Source: a virus (lineage: Duplodnaviria; Caudoviricetes). Taken from it: DNA of 64,000 nt. The DNA is taken from positions 4,685 to 68,684 of the IMG/VR virus record IMGVR_UViG_2767802354_000003, one strand, 5' to 3'. How positions within the stretch are numbered: position 1 is the stretch's first letter; every line of letters begins with the position of its first letter. Under the pieces are notes generated by a model. The model saw only the letters and a program-made list of their open reading frames with translations. It did not search any database and was not told the origin of the DNA. Shown here piece by piece: positions 20,700 to 29,224 of this stretch. The position numbers and the translations under genes were made by a program.

Positions 20700-21032
20700 A
20701 TGAACTCAACCTATCAATACTTAGGGTGCATCGATGCTTGCAACGCCTGCATCACTGCATGTAACGCTTGTATTGCCGAGTGCCTTAAAGAGCAGGACGT
20801 AAGCCCCATGGCTGGTTGCATTGCAATGAACATGGATTGCGCGGCCGTATGCGCACTTGCTTCAGGCGCTATGGCTCGCAACAGTGAGATGGCCAAGCAC
20901 TTTTGCAAGCTGTGTGGCGAGATCTGCCTAGCATGTGCCAACGAATGTGAGCAGCACCTTCGCGAACACACTAGGAGGTGCGCAATTGATTGCCACGCTT
21001 GTGCCAAGGAATGTCATGCACTGATCAATTGA
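20700..21032 (+). CDS. Four-helix-bundle copper-binding/storage protein (Csp3/DUF326-like), moron
   Basis: 110 aa with 18 Cys in CxxxC/CxxC repeats, no signal peptide, opposite strand to late genes, own RBS. Confidence 0.85.
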   Translation: MNSTYQYLGCIDACNACITACNACIAECLKEQDVSPMAGCIAMNMDCAAVCALASGAMARNSEMAKHFCKLCGEICLACANECEQHLREHTRRCAIDCHACAKECHALIN

Positions 21033-21193
21033 CCAATGCAGATTGCAAAAAGCCCCAGCGATTAGGCTGAGGCTTTGGAAATTTTGGACGCGACTATCCA
21101 TCAATTACCTAAAGTCATAAGGCTCCACGCCTCAAGACCGTTTAGCGATGATGGCAAGGCGGTTTAATTGCGCCTGCGCTATTCCTGCGCATT

Positions 21194-21889
21194 CTAGGCC
21201 AACTTTTGGCCAGCGGCAAACTCCTTGTATCGCTTCATGCACCGCAGGTTGCTTTTTGTGAGCTGGCGGGATCGATCTACGTGCCGAGCGATGTGCTCCG
21301 AGATCTTCAGCCCGTCGGCTCCATGAGGCACATCGCGGGTACCGAAGCCGTGGCACGCCTTGCAGGTCTTCCCTCGGGCAAGGTTCGTGCCGCCGCACTC
21401 ATGGCAACGGCGATCGCACCACCAGAGCAGCACATCCGACAGCTTGGCCAGCCCTTCCTCTATGCCCTGCGCAAGAACCCATGGAGTGAAGCCAGCATGC
21501 TGGTCTGTCAGCTTGATGAAGCTGGGCAGCTTTGCCAGGATCTCGCGCCGCGTCTGCGCCTGCCATTGGGCCGCTGCCGCCTGGGCACCCGCAATGTCCA
21601 GCACCTCCGTCACCCGCTCGCCGCGCTTGTCCTTGGTCTTCTTGGCCAAGCGGGGCATGCCTTCCGCAACGCGCTCAATGTCAGCCGCAGTCAGCATGCG
21701 CGGCTTGAGGCGAGAGTCCCACTCAGCCATGAGCTGGTACACCAGCCGCCCCAGCTTGGCGGGCTGCATGCCAGAGGCAATCAGGAAATCGGCATCACCT
21801 CGAAAATCAAGGCTTACGGAGAGGTCGGAGCTGTTGCTGGCGCTGGTCATGCGTTCAATTAAGGTTGGTTTGGTGGGGTCGCTACTCAT
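21194..21889 (-). CDS. Late antitermination protein Q-like
   Basis: Last gene of pR operon; C-terminal CHECGG...CKACHGFG zinc finger. Confidence 0.7.
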   Translation of the reverse strand: MSSDPTKPTLIERMTSASNSSDLSVSLDFRGDADFLIASGMQPAKLGRLVYQLMAEWDSRLKPRMLTAADIERVAEGMPRLAKKTKDKRGERVTEVLDIAGAQAAAAQWQAQTRREILAKLPSFIKLTDQHAGFTPWVLAQGIEEGLAKLSDVLLWWCDRRCHECGGTNLARGKTCKACHGFGTRDVPHGADGLKISEHIARHVDRSRQLTKSNLRCMKRYKEFAAGQKLA

Positions 21890-21902
21890 CGTGTCCTCTT
21901 TC

Positions 21903-22163
21903 TCAATTTCCCATCAGGCGCCGCACAGTCACGTTCAGCGCGTCTAGTTCGCTCATCTTTTTGATTGCCCACATGCGGCGCTGGCCGTGCAGCCCCATCA
22001 ACGGGCCGCGGTGGCAGCTCTCGCACAAGGCAACGACCGTGTATTGCTGGCGCTGCTCGATGTGGTGAGCCTCACTGGGCCCGGACTGGTCGCAGACGCT
22101 ACAGGGCAGCTCCTTGACCGCAGCCAGGTGAGCGCGTTCTTTGTCGTTCAGTCGATTCAGCAT
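21903..22163 (-). CDS. Small HNH-like/Zn-binding phage protein (86 aa)
   Basis: LPCSVC...EAHH...ALCESCH motif. Confidence 0.7.
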   Translation of the reverse strand: MLNRLNDKERAHLAAVKELPCSVCDQSGPSEAHHIEQRQQYTVVALCESCHRGPLMGLHGQRRMWAIKKMSELDALNVTVRRLMGN

Positions 22164-22468
22164 CCAGCGCGCTCCCCAAAGTCCTGCACCTCCAGACCCA
22201 AATCCAGCGCCAGCCCATGCTCGATGCGGGCGCCACGGGATGCGCGCCAGCCAGGCAGCATGTAAAGACAGTCGCTGGCCGCGATCTGGCACAGGGACAT
22301 GCGCATGTAGCCCTGCCAGCTTCCACAGGCAGGCGGCGGGTTCTCTGCAGGGTTCTCAACGTGGTGACCCTGGGCGCGCAGCACAGCAGCTGCTGCATGA
22401 AAAGCTGGGTAGTTGAACTCGGGCAGGCCACTCATGGGGCCGGCGAGATAGATGCGCTTCACCACCAT
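22157..22468 (-). CDS. DUF4406 family protein (nucleoside deoxyribosyltransferase-like fold)
   Basis: RIYLAGPMSGLPEFNYPAF and LPGW..SRGARIE motifs. Confidence 0.85.
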   Translation of the reverse strand: MVVKRIYLAGPMSGLPEFNYPAFHAAAAVLRAQGHHVENPAENPPPACGSWQGYMRMSLCQIAASDCLYMLPGWRASRGARIEHGLALDLGLEVQDFGERAGC

Positions 22469-22716
22469 GCACGCCCCCTGTCCTCTACCGCCACCAAACT
22501 GCCGTAGTCGTCGACCACGCAAACCATGCTGCTGCCCACCTGCACCCGGTTGCAGCAGCGGTTCTCCATCCAGTGCTCGATCAGGTAGCGGCCGTCGCTC
22601 AGGCGCTTATAGGTCGGCCACACCAGCCGCGTGATGCGCGAGGTGCTCGGCGGCTTGCGCTGGCCAGCCAGCGGCACGACCTTGCCAAAGAATGCGGGGT
22701 TCAATGCCTGCGTCAC
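22459..22716 (-). CDS. Hypothetical phage protein (85 aa)
   Basis: Overlap-coupled to both neighbours in the pR operon. Confidence 0.55.
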   Translation of the reverse strand: MTQALNPAFFGKVVPLAGQRKPPSTSRITRLVWPTYKRLSDGRYLIEHWMENRCCNRVQVGSSMVCVVDDYGSLVAVEDRGRAWW

Positions 22717-23069
22717 TTGACCACCCGTACTTCCCGACCCAGCAGTGCCTTCATCAGATGGCGCTTGATCTTGAATTCAGGGGTCTCCACGCCCTTCACA
22801 TCCTCGATTACTTCGATGCCCTTCTCCAGATACACGAAGTCTGCGATGTAGCGAATGGCGGGCCGAGCGCGCGCAGCGCCAACAAACTTGACCGATGGGA
22901 CCATCTCGAACACAACCTGCCGGCGCAAATCGCTGATGTGGCCGCCACGCTGCAGCATTTGCAAGTGACCCCAGCGGTTCAACTCGGCCAAGCTGTCGAA
23001 CTTGGTGCCGTCTGCCGTGATGACCTTCCTATTGCCGTACTTGTGGCCAGATCGCTTTGCAAACATCAA
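22713..23069 (-). CDS. DUF1064 family putative endonuclease
   Basis: KYGNRK...DGTKFDSLAE, YIADFVY, IEDVKG motifs. Confidence 0.88.
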   Translation of the reverse strand: MMFAKRSGHKYGNRKVITADGTKFDSLAELNRWGHLQMLQRGGHISDLRRQVVFEMVPSVKFVGAARARPAIRYIADFVYLEKGIEVIEDVKGVETPEFKIKRHLMKALLGREVRVVK

Positions 23070-23611
23070 TGCACGCCCTCCTGCTGCCTGCGTGTGCTCA
23101 GGCCCAAGGCTTCTTTGGCATCCTTCAACGCGCGATAGCTCACGGTCTTGTCGCCAGCCTCCGAGCGGGCCAGGATCTTCCGCGCCCAGTCCTTGCCATC
23201 ACCATGGGCCACGATGCGCACCTCCAGGCGTTGAAACTTGGGCGCGGGCAGCGCCAGCAGGCCGGCCTCTTCCGCATAGGTCTTGCGGGGCGTAGCCGCT
23301 TTGCACAGGGCCTCAAACTGCGGCAGGCTGGGCGGGAACTCGGGGTGGTGGTCGGCAATGCGATCGGCTGCAGCCTCAATCACCTCCGGCGCGTATTTGC
23401 GCAGCGAAGCCCCCCAGACCTTGAGCGCAGCCAGCATGCCGATGTCCTGCCCGTCATTGTCCAAAGCTCCAGAGCCGAACTTGCTCAGGAAAGCGGTACC
23501 GTAGGAGCCCTGCATCAGCAGGAACAGCTTTGCCACGCCGGCACTCACGGCCTGAGACTCTCCGCGACGGGGCGAAGCCGCCGCATGGGCCAGTTGTCCA
23601 ATGGATTTCAT
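23066..23611 (-). CDS. Replication protein P-like (helicase loader position)
   Basis: Follows initiator; FPPSLPQFEALC motif. Confidence 0.65.
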   Translation of the reverse strand: MKSIGQLAHAAASPRRGESQAVSAGVAKLFLLMQGSYGTAFLSKFGSGALDNDGQDIGMLAALKVWGASLRKYAPEVIEAAADRIADHHPEFPPSLPQFEALCKAATPRKTYAEEAGLLALPAPKFQRLEVRIVAHGDGKDWARKILARSEAGDKTVSYRALKDAKEALGLSTRRQQEGVH

Positions 23612-24462
23612 TGCAGACCTCCGAGAATGGCAGCCATGGCGCCAGCGTGCTTGCCACCTGCTGCGGCTGCAGGTGCCATGGATGGACGGCGGGCCGCGGG
23701 CATTTCGGTGGATCGACGGATCCAGTTGCGCCAGGTCGCCCCCCAGTCGGCCTTGCGCCCGTCCTTGCCAGCCTTGGCGCGCCAGTGATCGGCAAACATC
23801 GCGGCCTGGCGGCGCACCTCTTCCTCGGTCAGGCCGGCATGTTCGGCAATGGCCCAGTCACCCCAGCTCTTGGGCAGCTTCCAGTCTTCGGGCAGGCGTG
23901 TTCCTGTCGCTGTCGCAGTCTTGCCCCTTCCCTTGCTGGCTTCTGGCTGAGCCGAAGGCGAAGTGTCACGGTCAGCATCACCTACAGCCTTTGAATAGTT
24001 AACTGTCTCTTCTTTATCTGTATCTATATCTGTATCTGTACGCGTGACATCCGTACCCGTCACGCGTGACTCGCCAGTGACCTCATCGTGACCACCCTCT
24101 TCTCCCTCTGAAACAGCGTCTTTTTTGCGCTGGCGCTGGCGGCGTTTACGCTCTGCTGCGGTGTTGTCGGTGTCGCTGCGCATCTGCAAGGTGGCCCACT
24201 TGGAAGGCTGCAGGGTGGCCTGTTCGATCAGCCCAACTTCTGCCAGGCGGCGGGCCACCTCTTCCAGGCTGCGCACATCCAGACCCAGCTTCACGGCGAC
24301 CTTGCGCATCAGCAGCGCAGGTGCATCGCCCTTGTCCAGCAGCCCCTCGCCCTTGAGGCACAGCAAGGCCACAAAGTGCCAGCGATCCTCAAAGGCCAGC
24401 AGCTTCAGCTTGTCGTCGTCGACCATCCGCGTATAGGTACGGAACCATGGGAGCTTGCTCAT
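23608..24462 (-). CDS. Replication initiator O-like
   Basis: LPWFRTY N-terminus, AERKRRQRQR, C-terminal FADHW...DWGATWRNWIRR. Confidence 0.85.
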   Translation of the reverse strand: MSKLPWFRTYTRMVDDDKLKLLAFEDRWHFVALLCLKGEGLLDKGDAPALLMRKVAVKLGLDVRSLEEVARRLAEVGLIEQATLQPSKWATLQMRSDTDNTAAERKRRQRQRKKDAVSEGEEGGHDEVTGESRVTGTDVTRTDTDIDTDKEETVNYSKAVGDADRDTSPSAQPEASKGRGKTATATGTRLPEDWKLPKSWGDWAIAEHAGLTEEEVRRQAAMFADHWRAKAGKDGRKADWGATWRNWIRRSTEMPAARRPSMAPAAAAGGKHAGAMAAILGGLQ

Positions 24463-24935
24463 CGTCCAAACCTCGCGTTATCTGCGGCGTGCTCTGCATC
24501 CAGGGATTGCTGAACAGCAAGCAACGCAGCCACGGCCTCGGCGATTTCACGCTGCACCACGCGCTTGTCGTTGTCGCTGACGTTGTTGTCTGCCTTCGCC
24601 ATCGTGGTGGCCATCAGAACGTCGGCGCATTCACGCACCGCGATGGCTGCAGACTTGGAAAGGCATTTTTCAGCGCCTGGCTGCGCTTCGGGCAGCGCCA
24701 GCATGCCGGCGTTGAATGAGAAGACCGTGCCCAAGGCATGCGCTTCTGCGCTACCAGCCTCACGGCACATAGACGCAATCTCATCAGCGTCAGCGAGACC
24801 CATCTTGTGGCTTGGGGACACGCCGCTCAGCTCCTTGCGCAGAACTTCGTCGGATTTGTTCAGGCGGGCTGCAAGAGCAGCGCGGCCGCCTGGGTAGTTG
24901 GCGACCATGCGTCGCAGTGCATCAAGAGCATTCAT
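24459..24935 (-). CDS. Phage regulatory CII-like protein
   Basis: YPGGRAALAARLNKS..VLRKEL HTH; position after cro. Confidence 0.75.
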   Translation of the reverse strand: MNALDALRRMVANYPGGRAALAARLNKSDEVLRKELSGVSPSHKMGLADADEIASMCREAGSAEAHALGTVFSFNAGMLALPEAQPGAEKCLSKSAAIAVRECADVLMATTMAKADNNVSDNDKRVVQREIAEAVAALLAVQQSLDAEHAADNARFGR

Positions 24936-25100
24936 GTCGTCCGGACTCCGAGAAAAAGGACGTTGCGGGCTTGGCCGCCGAGAAAGACACTGCCTGCATG
25001 CAAACGAAAACAGGCCAGAAGAGAAGAAAAGGTGCCCGCCGCACCCTGGGCTATGCTGGTGGCGTCCAAACCATTACCAACAGCCACAGGGAGGGCAGAC

Positions 25101-25472
25101 ATGAAGCGAGATATGGACTTGATCCGGCGTATTGCGCTTGCAGCGGAAGAGTTACCAATGGACGAGACACTGGATGGACTGGACGGTGTAGAGCAAGACG
25201 TCTTCTCTCTCCACGTCATTTGGATGAAAGAAGCTGGACTAGTCCATGCCGCAATCAATGAATACATGGACGAAAGCGCCGTAGCTTTTGTGTTCAGGCT
25301 GACTTGGAGTGGATGCGAGTTCGCAGATGCAGTGAGAAGCGATACCTTGTGGAAAAAGGCCAAGGACAACGTGATGAAGCCATCCATGTCATTCACTTTC
25401 GACGTGCTGAAAGACTGGCTCAAAACCGAAATCACGCAAGGCCTGCCGACCATCAGGGCACTGAGTCAGTAG
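25101..25472 (+). CDS. DUF2513 family protein (moron)
   Basis: MKRDMDLIRRI...LTWSGCEFADAVRSDTLWKK family signature. Confidence 0.85.
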   Translation: MKRDMDLIRRIALAAEELPMDETLDGLDGVEQDVFSLHVIWMKEAGLVHAAINEYMDESAVAFVFRLTWSGCEFADAVRSDTLWKKAKDNVMKPSMSFTFDVLKDWLKTEITQGLPTIRALSQ

Positions 25473-25682
25473 CGCGCGCAAATCCATCGCAGCGGCTAGA
25501 AGCCCGGCTTTGGCGGTTCCCTCTTCACGAGCGACGTGCGATGCATGGTGCTGAAATGAAATATGAGAATCAGCCATGCTGAACCAGCGCGCAGCAGTTG
25601 CTGTAACGGCGGTCAGCAGGGCCGAATGGTCTCCGTCTCGCACGGCAACAAAATCCACGCGGGGCAACTTCGCACTATTCAT
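25389..25682 (-). CDS. Hypothetical phage protein
   Basis: Strong AAGGAGG RBS before ATG at 25682; 3' end overlaps DUF2513 gene convergently. Confidence 0.45.
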   Translation of the reverse strand: MNSAKLPRVDFVAVRDGDHSALLTAVTATAARWFSMADSHISFQHHASHVAREEGTAKAGLLAAAMDLRALLTQCPDGRQALRDFGFEPVFQHVESE

Positions 25683-25780
25683 TGCCCACCTCCTTGGTAC
25701 AGGTGGATGGCCGCACCGCAGCCCCAAAGCCAGCGATGGCTATGGCGATGGACAAATTAATGATGTGATTCATGGAGAGC

Positions 25781-26257
25781 ATGCAAATGGACTGGACAGC
25801 AATCGGTGGCATCGCAGGATCAATCTCCGCTGCCCGCGACATCGCCAAGGGAATGAGCGCGATGCGCGACACCGCTCTCATCAACGAGAAAACCGCTGCC
25901 CTTCTGGAGCAGTTGCTCAAGGCGCAGGAGGGACTCCTCGCTCACAACACCGCTCTTTTGCAGCTCCAATCGGATCTGGCCAAGGTGCAGAAGGAAAATC
26001 TGGAACTGAAGGCAACCATCGATGAGCGCGGCAAATACACGCTGGTCACGCTCGCTAGCGGTGCGGTTGCGCTGCGCAGTAATCCCACCAACGCATTGGC
26101 CGGAGCAGACGAGCCAGGAATCGATGAGGCGCCCCACTATGTCTGCCAGCCCTGCTTCTCCATCGGCAGGTCTGTTGTGCTCCAGCGCACTTGGGTCATG
26201 GGTACCGACAACGGACTTGCCTGTCCCGCCTGTAAAGCCCAAGTCTTCGATAAGTGA
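25781..26257 (+). CDS. Coiled-coil plus CxxC...CxxC hypothetical protein (moron)
   Basis: Heptad-rich middle, CQPC and CPAC motifs; flanked by a 26-bp direct repeat. Confidence 0.7.
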   Translation: MQMDWTAIGGIAGSISAARDIAKGMSAMRDTALINEKTAALLEQLLKAQEGLLAHNTALLQLQSDLAKVQKENLELKATIDERGKYTLVTLASGAVALRSNPTNALAGADEPGIDEAPHYVCQPCFSIGRSVVLQRTWVMGTDNGLACPACKAQVFDK

Positions 26258-26259
26258 CA

Positions 26260-26511
26260 TCACTCCACCTCCTTGGTTGAGGTGGATGGCTGCGCCAGCT
26301 CAGGCCAAATCTGGGTGTACTGGTCGGGGAACAGATCCCGCCTAGTCACAGTAGTGAGCTTTTCAAGGCTTGCAGCGCAAGCAGCAGGGATCGGGCGCCG
26401 TCCGCTGATCCACTGGGATATCTCGGAAGGGGATTTGCCTAGGGCTCGCGCCAGAGCAGTCGGGCCACCTGCCTCGGTGCTGGCTCGCTTTGCGAATGCT
26501 GCATGTTTCAT
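26260..26511 (-). CDS. cro: Cro-like HTH repressor
   Basis: GGPTALARALGKSPSEISQWISGRRPIP HTH, divergent from cI. Confidence 0.88.
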   Translation of the reverse strand: MKHAAFAKRASTEAGGPTALARALGKSPSEISQWISGRRPIPAACAASLEKLTTVTRRDLFPDQYTQIWPELAQPSTSTKEVE

Positions 26512-26520
26512 TCATAAAAT

Positions 26521-26581
26521 TTAGCATAGCTAATCATAAAAATCAAGCCACGCTAAATTCATTAATTATTAGCATCGCTAA
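26521..26581. promoter_or_regulatory. OR operators and pR
   Basis: TTAGCATAGCTAA (26521-26533), CAAGCCACGCTAA (26544-26556), TTAGCATCGCTAA (26569-26581); - strand TTGATT-N17-TAAATT just upstream of cro. Confidence 0.75.
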
Positions 26582-26582
26582 C

Positions 26583-27341
26583 ATGAAAGAATGGACTACT
26601 GAGGAAGAGGCTGCAAACCTGCGTCGCCTTCTTACCGGCGTTAAGAACAAGGCTCAGTTCGCCAAGGACAATGGAGTTCCAGGCGGTGCGTCCATGCTTT
26701 CCCAACACCAAAGTGGGCATCGCCCCATCAGCTTGGATGCGGCCAAAGCGTATGCAAAAGGGCTGGGTATCGGAATCGGAGAGATTGCACCTCGCTTTGC
26801 AAAGCTGGTGTCTGACGTCTCGGAGCTTGCTCAGCCAGCGCCTTACCCAAGGGGTCACGAGATAGACATGTCAGCGTACAGTGCTGTTCCGATGTATCAC
26901 GCACCTGACGCTGTAATTGTTCCTCTGCTCTCTAACTGCGGCAGCATGGGCCCCGGTTCTGAGTTGCTGGAGTCAGATGTCATTGTGGGTGACTTGGCCC
27001 TATCCCCACACTGGATCAATCAGCAGATCAGGCCCCAGAACCCGCAAGAGCTGCGCTTCATACACGCATATGGCGACAGCATGGCCCCAACATTCACAGA
27101 TGGCGATGTCCTGCTCGTTGACACAGGGCTTAGTGCACGTGACCCCAGTTCACGCGAAGGCGTCTACGTTTTGCGGGCGAATGATCGAACTTTCATCAAG
27201 CGTGTCACCCCCACCTTTGACGGCAAGCTGCAGGTGACCAGCGACAACCCCAGCGCCAAGACTGTACAAACACTGAATGGCGATCATCAAGTGGATGTGG
27301 TTGGTCGGGTGGTGTGGGCCTGGAATGGGAAAAGGCTGTAA
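26583..27341 (+). CDS. cI: CI-like repressor (HTH + S24 peptidase)
   Basis: N-terminal HTH; GDSMAPT..DGDVLLVD, FIKRV and VVGRVV S24 motifs. Confidence 0.93.
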   Translation: MKEWTTEEEAANLRRLLTGVKNKAQFAKDNGVPGGASMLSQHQSGHRPISLDAAKAYAKGLGIGIGEIAPRFAKLVSDVSELAQPAPYPRGHEIDMSAYSAVPMYHAPDAVIVPLLSNCGSMGPGSELLESDVIVGDLALSPHWINQQIRPQNPQELRFIHAYGDSMAPTFTDGDVLLVDTGLSARDPSSREGVYVLRANDRTFIKRVTPTFDGKLQVTSDNPSAKTVQTLNGDHQVDVVGRVVWAWNGKRL

Positions 27342-27379
27342 TCGGTGCGACTGATTCAGATCTTCCTAAGAGGTGCCTC

Positions 27380-27889
27380 ATGAAAAATAACTGTGCAGCA
27401 TTGCTTCCGGTTATTTTCTACTTCTGCGCCGCCCCCGCCCTGGGCCAGCAAACATGGCAGGCCGACCTCAGCAGCTACGTGGGCCCGGTCGCAAGAGTCG
27501 GGCTTCCTTCAGAAGGCGCCACGAGTCGCTTGGTTTTGATTGCATTTGAATACGCGACACAGTGCAACCCGCTATTTACCTACGTAGAACTGCAAGGCCC
27601 AAAGTTCGGAGTAGCTGAAAAGCAGTCTTCACTGCCTCCATCAAGCATCGGCGGAGCCATCAATGACAAGCGCTACTCAGGCAACTCCGCAGCAATGACG
27701 CTTTATAGCAATGGGATTGAGGTGGGTTTTGCCATGCCTGATGAGATGGCGATGACACTTGCATCCGATCCAATCACCTCGATCTCATTTACAACACCCA
27801 CTGGCAAGGAAATACCGCTTCCAACAGCTGGTCTAAGCAACGCCGCTGCAAAGGCACTAGACGCCTGCACGAAAAAGGTTTTTTTCTAG
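27380..27889 (+). CDS. Exported hypothetical protein (169 aa) in immunity region
   Basis: Signal peptide ending APALG; GAGG RBS; directly downstream of cI. Confidence 0.7.
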   Translation: MKNNCAALLPVIFYFCAAPALGQQTWQADLSSYVGPVARVGLPSEGATSRLVLIAFEYATQCNPLFTYVELQGPKFGVAEKQSSLPPSSIGGAINDKRYSGNSAAMTLYSNGIEVGFAMPDEMAMTLASDPITSISFTTPTGKEIPLPTAGLSNAAAKALDACTKKVFF

Positions 27890-28036
27890 GACTACTGGTT
27901 CTCGCTGTTTCACGGAAGCAATGGGTGCAGGCAGACTTGCGGGCGCTGGCCTGCATTGACCATCATTCCGAGACCCGATGACCGGCCTGCTTGTACTAAT
28001 CACAGACAGCAAACGACCCAAAGCAGACAGCCAAAT

Positions 28037-28094
28037 TACTAACGAATGAGTTCAGCGGTCGCCGCAGGCGGTCCGCTTGGACGATGGGTTAGGC
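28037..28094 (-). other. Integron attC site (58 bp)
   Basis: - strand: R'' GCCTAAC, CCATC, L'' GTCCAAGC, central hairpin, L' GCTGAAC, TCATTC, R' GTTAGTA; TAA stop of upstream gene lies in R''. Confidence 0.88.
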
Positions 28095-28442
28095 ACGGAG
28101 CTGCTTCCTTGAGAGCAGCCGAACGATTGGCAGAAGTACCCAAACCAGAACTCCAACTAAAAGAAGCTGGGCGAAGCCAATCCATGTTCTACCAGCTGAG
28201 TAGCCTCCACTGAAACCGGCAAAAATGGCTAAAAGCATGAACGCAAACCACCCGATGCCACCAATGATGAGCCGCCCGAGAGCTTGAAGGACAGCATCCG
28301 GCCCCGTGATTTTGGGCTTCAAGACACTAGGTACAGACGTTGGCTTCCACCCCTCGGCGTTCGAAAAGTTTGCGCCACAGTACTCGCACTCCTGCGCCTG
28401 TGCGGCGATCTCCTTTTCACAGTGGGGGCAGTACGCACTCAT
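28089..28442 (-). CDS. Integron cassette gene: zinc-ribbon plus two-TM membrane protein (117 aa)
   Basis: CPHC...CEYC N-terminus, two hydrophobic helices; GTTAGGC core site at 28449-28455 upstream of ATG. Confidence 0.8.
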   Translation of the reverse strand: MSAYCPHCEKEIAAQAQECEYCGANFSNAEGWKPTSVPSVLKPKITGPDAVLQALGRLIIGGIGWFAFMLLAIFAGFSGGYSAGRTWIGFAQLLLVGVLVWVLLPIVRLLSRKQLRA

Positions 28443-28857
28443 GTAGTGGCCTAACTAGATTTAGGAGACATGCGATGTACATGTTTAACTCGCCTAGTAG
28501 TGTATGAGTGCACAACCCGACAGGCAAATTCGCTGTGATTGTGTTTAGAAAAGCCTAAAAATTTTGATCTCAGTCTTTGGTGGATACTGAAGATCAATGT
28601 CCGAAAGACTGCTTCTGGCCGAACTCAGTCGGTCATGAACAGCAGCCTGGTCAGCCACAGCCGGCACAGGCGGTCAGCTCGACCGGAATACGCGCAGACC
28701 TTCCGTGAGCATTCTGCACAGCGCTGCTTTGCCATCACTTGTCGAGGACACAACGTAGAAGCGCTCATTGCTATCTGTAGCCGGCCCGAACTGGCTGTCT
28801 CAAAGCCCGCATCAGCGGGCTTTTTTGCATCTTTGTGATGTGCGCGCATGATCAATA

Positions 28858-28920
28858 GTAGCAGCGCTTCATTTTATATTTAGCAAAGCTATTGCTTATT
28901 TAGTTTAGCAAAGCTACATT
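28858..28920 (+). promoter_or_regulatory. OL operators and pL promoter
   Basis: TTAGCAAAGCTA at 28880 and 28905 plus a degenerate copy at 28858; TTGCTT(28892)-N17-TACATT(28915). Confidence 0.75.
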
Positions 28921-29224
28921 ACATCCATCGCAGCAAAGCGATGGGTGCCAAGTGATCGAGCCAGCACCTCAGGTCCTTAAAAAGCCAGAGATTCAATGCA
29001 CGTCGTGAGACACGCTGCGCCCCGATGACTTACCGGAACGCGCCGCGACTCTGCCGCCCCGAAGCGGTGGATGGTGCTAACCGGCGCAGATAGTGATCTG
29101 CATAAAGCTGCCAGAGCGAAGCGCAAGCCAGTGACAGTGGGAGATATGCGCCGCCACCCGGAGCGCATCCGGGGTTCAAACGAAAGCCTTGCTAGCAGCG
29201 CGTTCGTTTGAGTACAGTGAATCC

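Noticed and set aside
20233-21194. Lysis cassette at the usual post-Q position
   Set aside because: No holin, endolysin or spanin ORF here; lysis genes probably lie past the tail genes outside the window
25820-26263. - strand ORF after cro with a strong RBS
   Set aside because: Entirely antisense to the better-supported 25781-26257 gene; the RBS is explained by the duplicated junction
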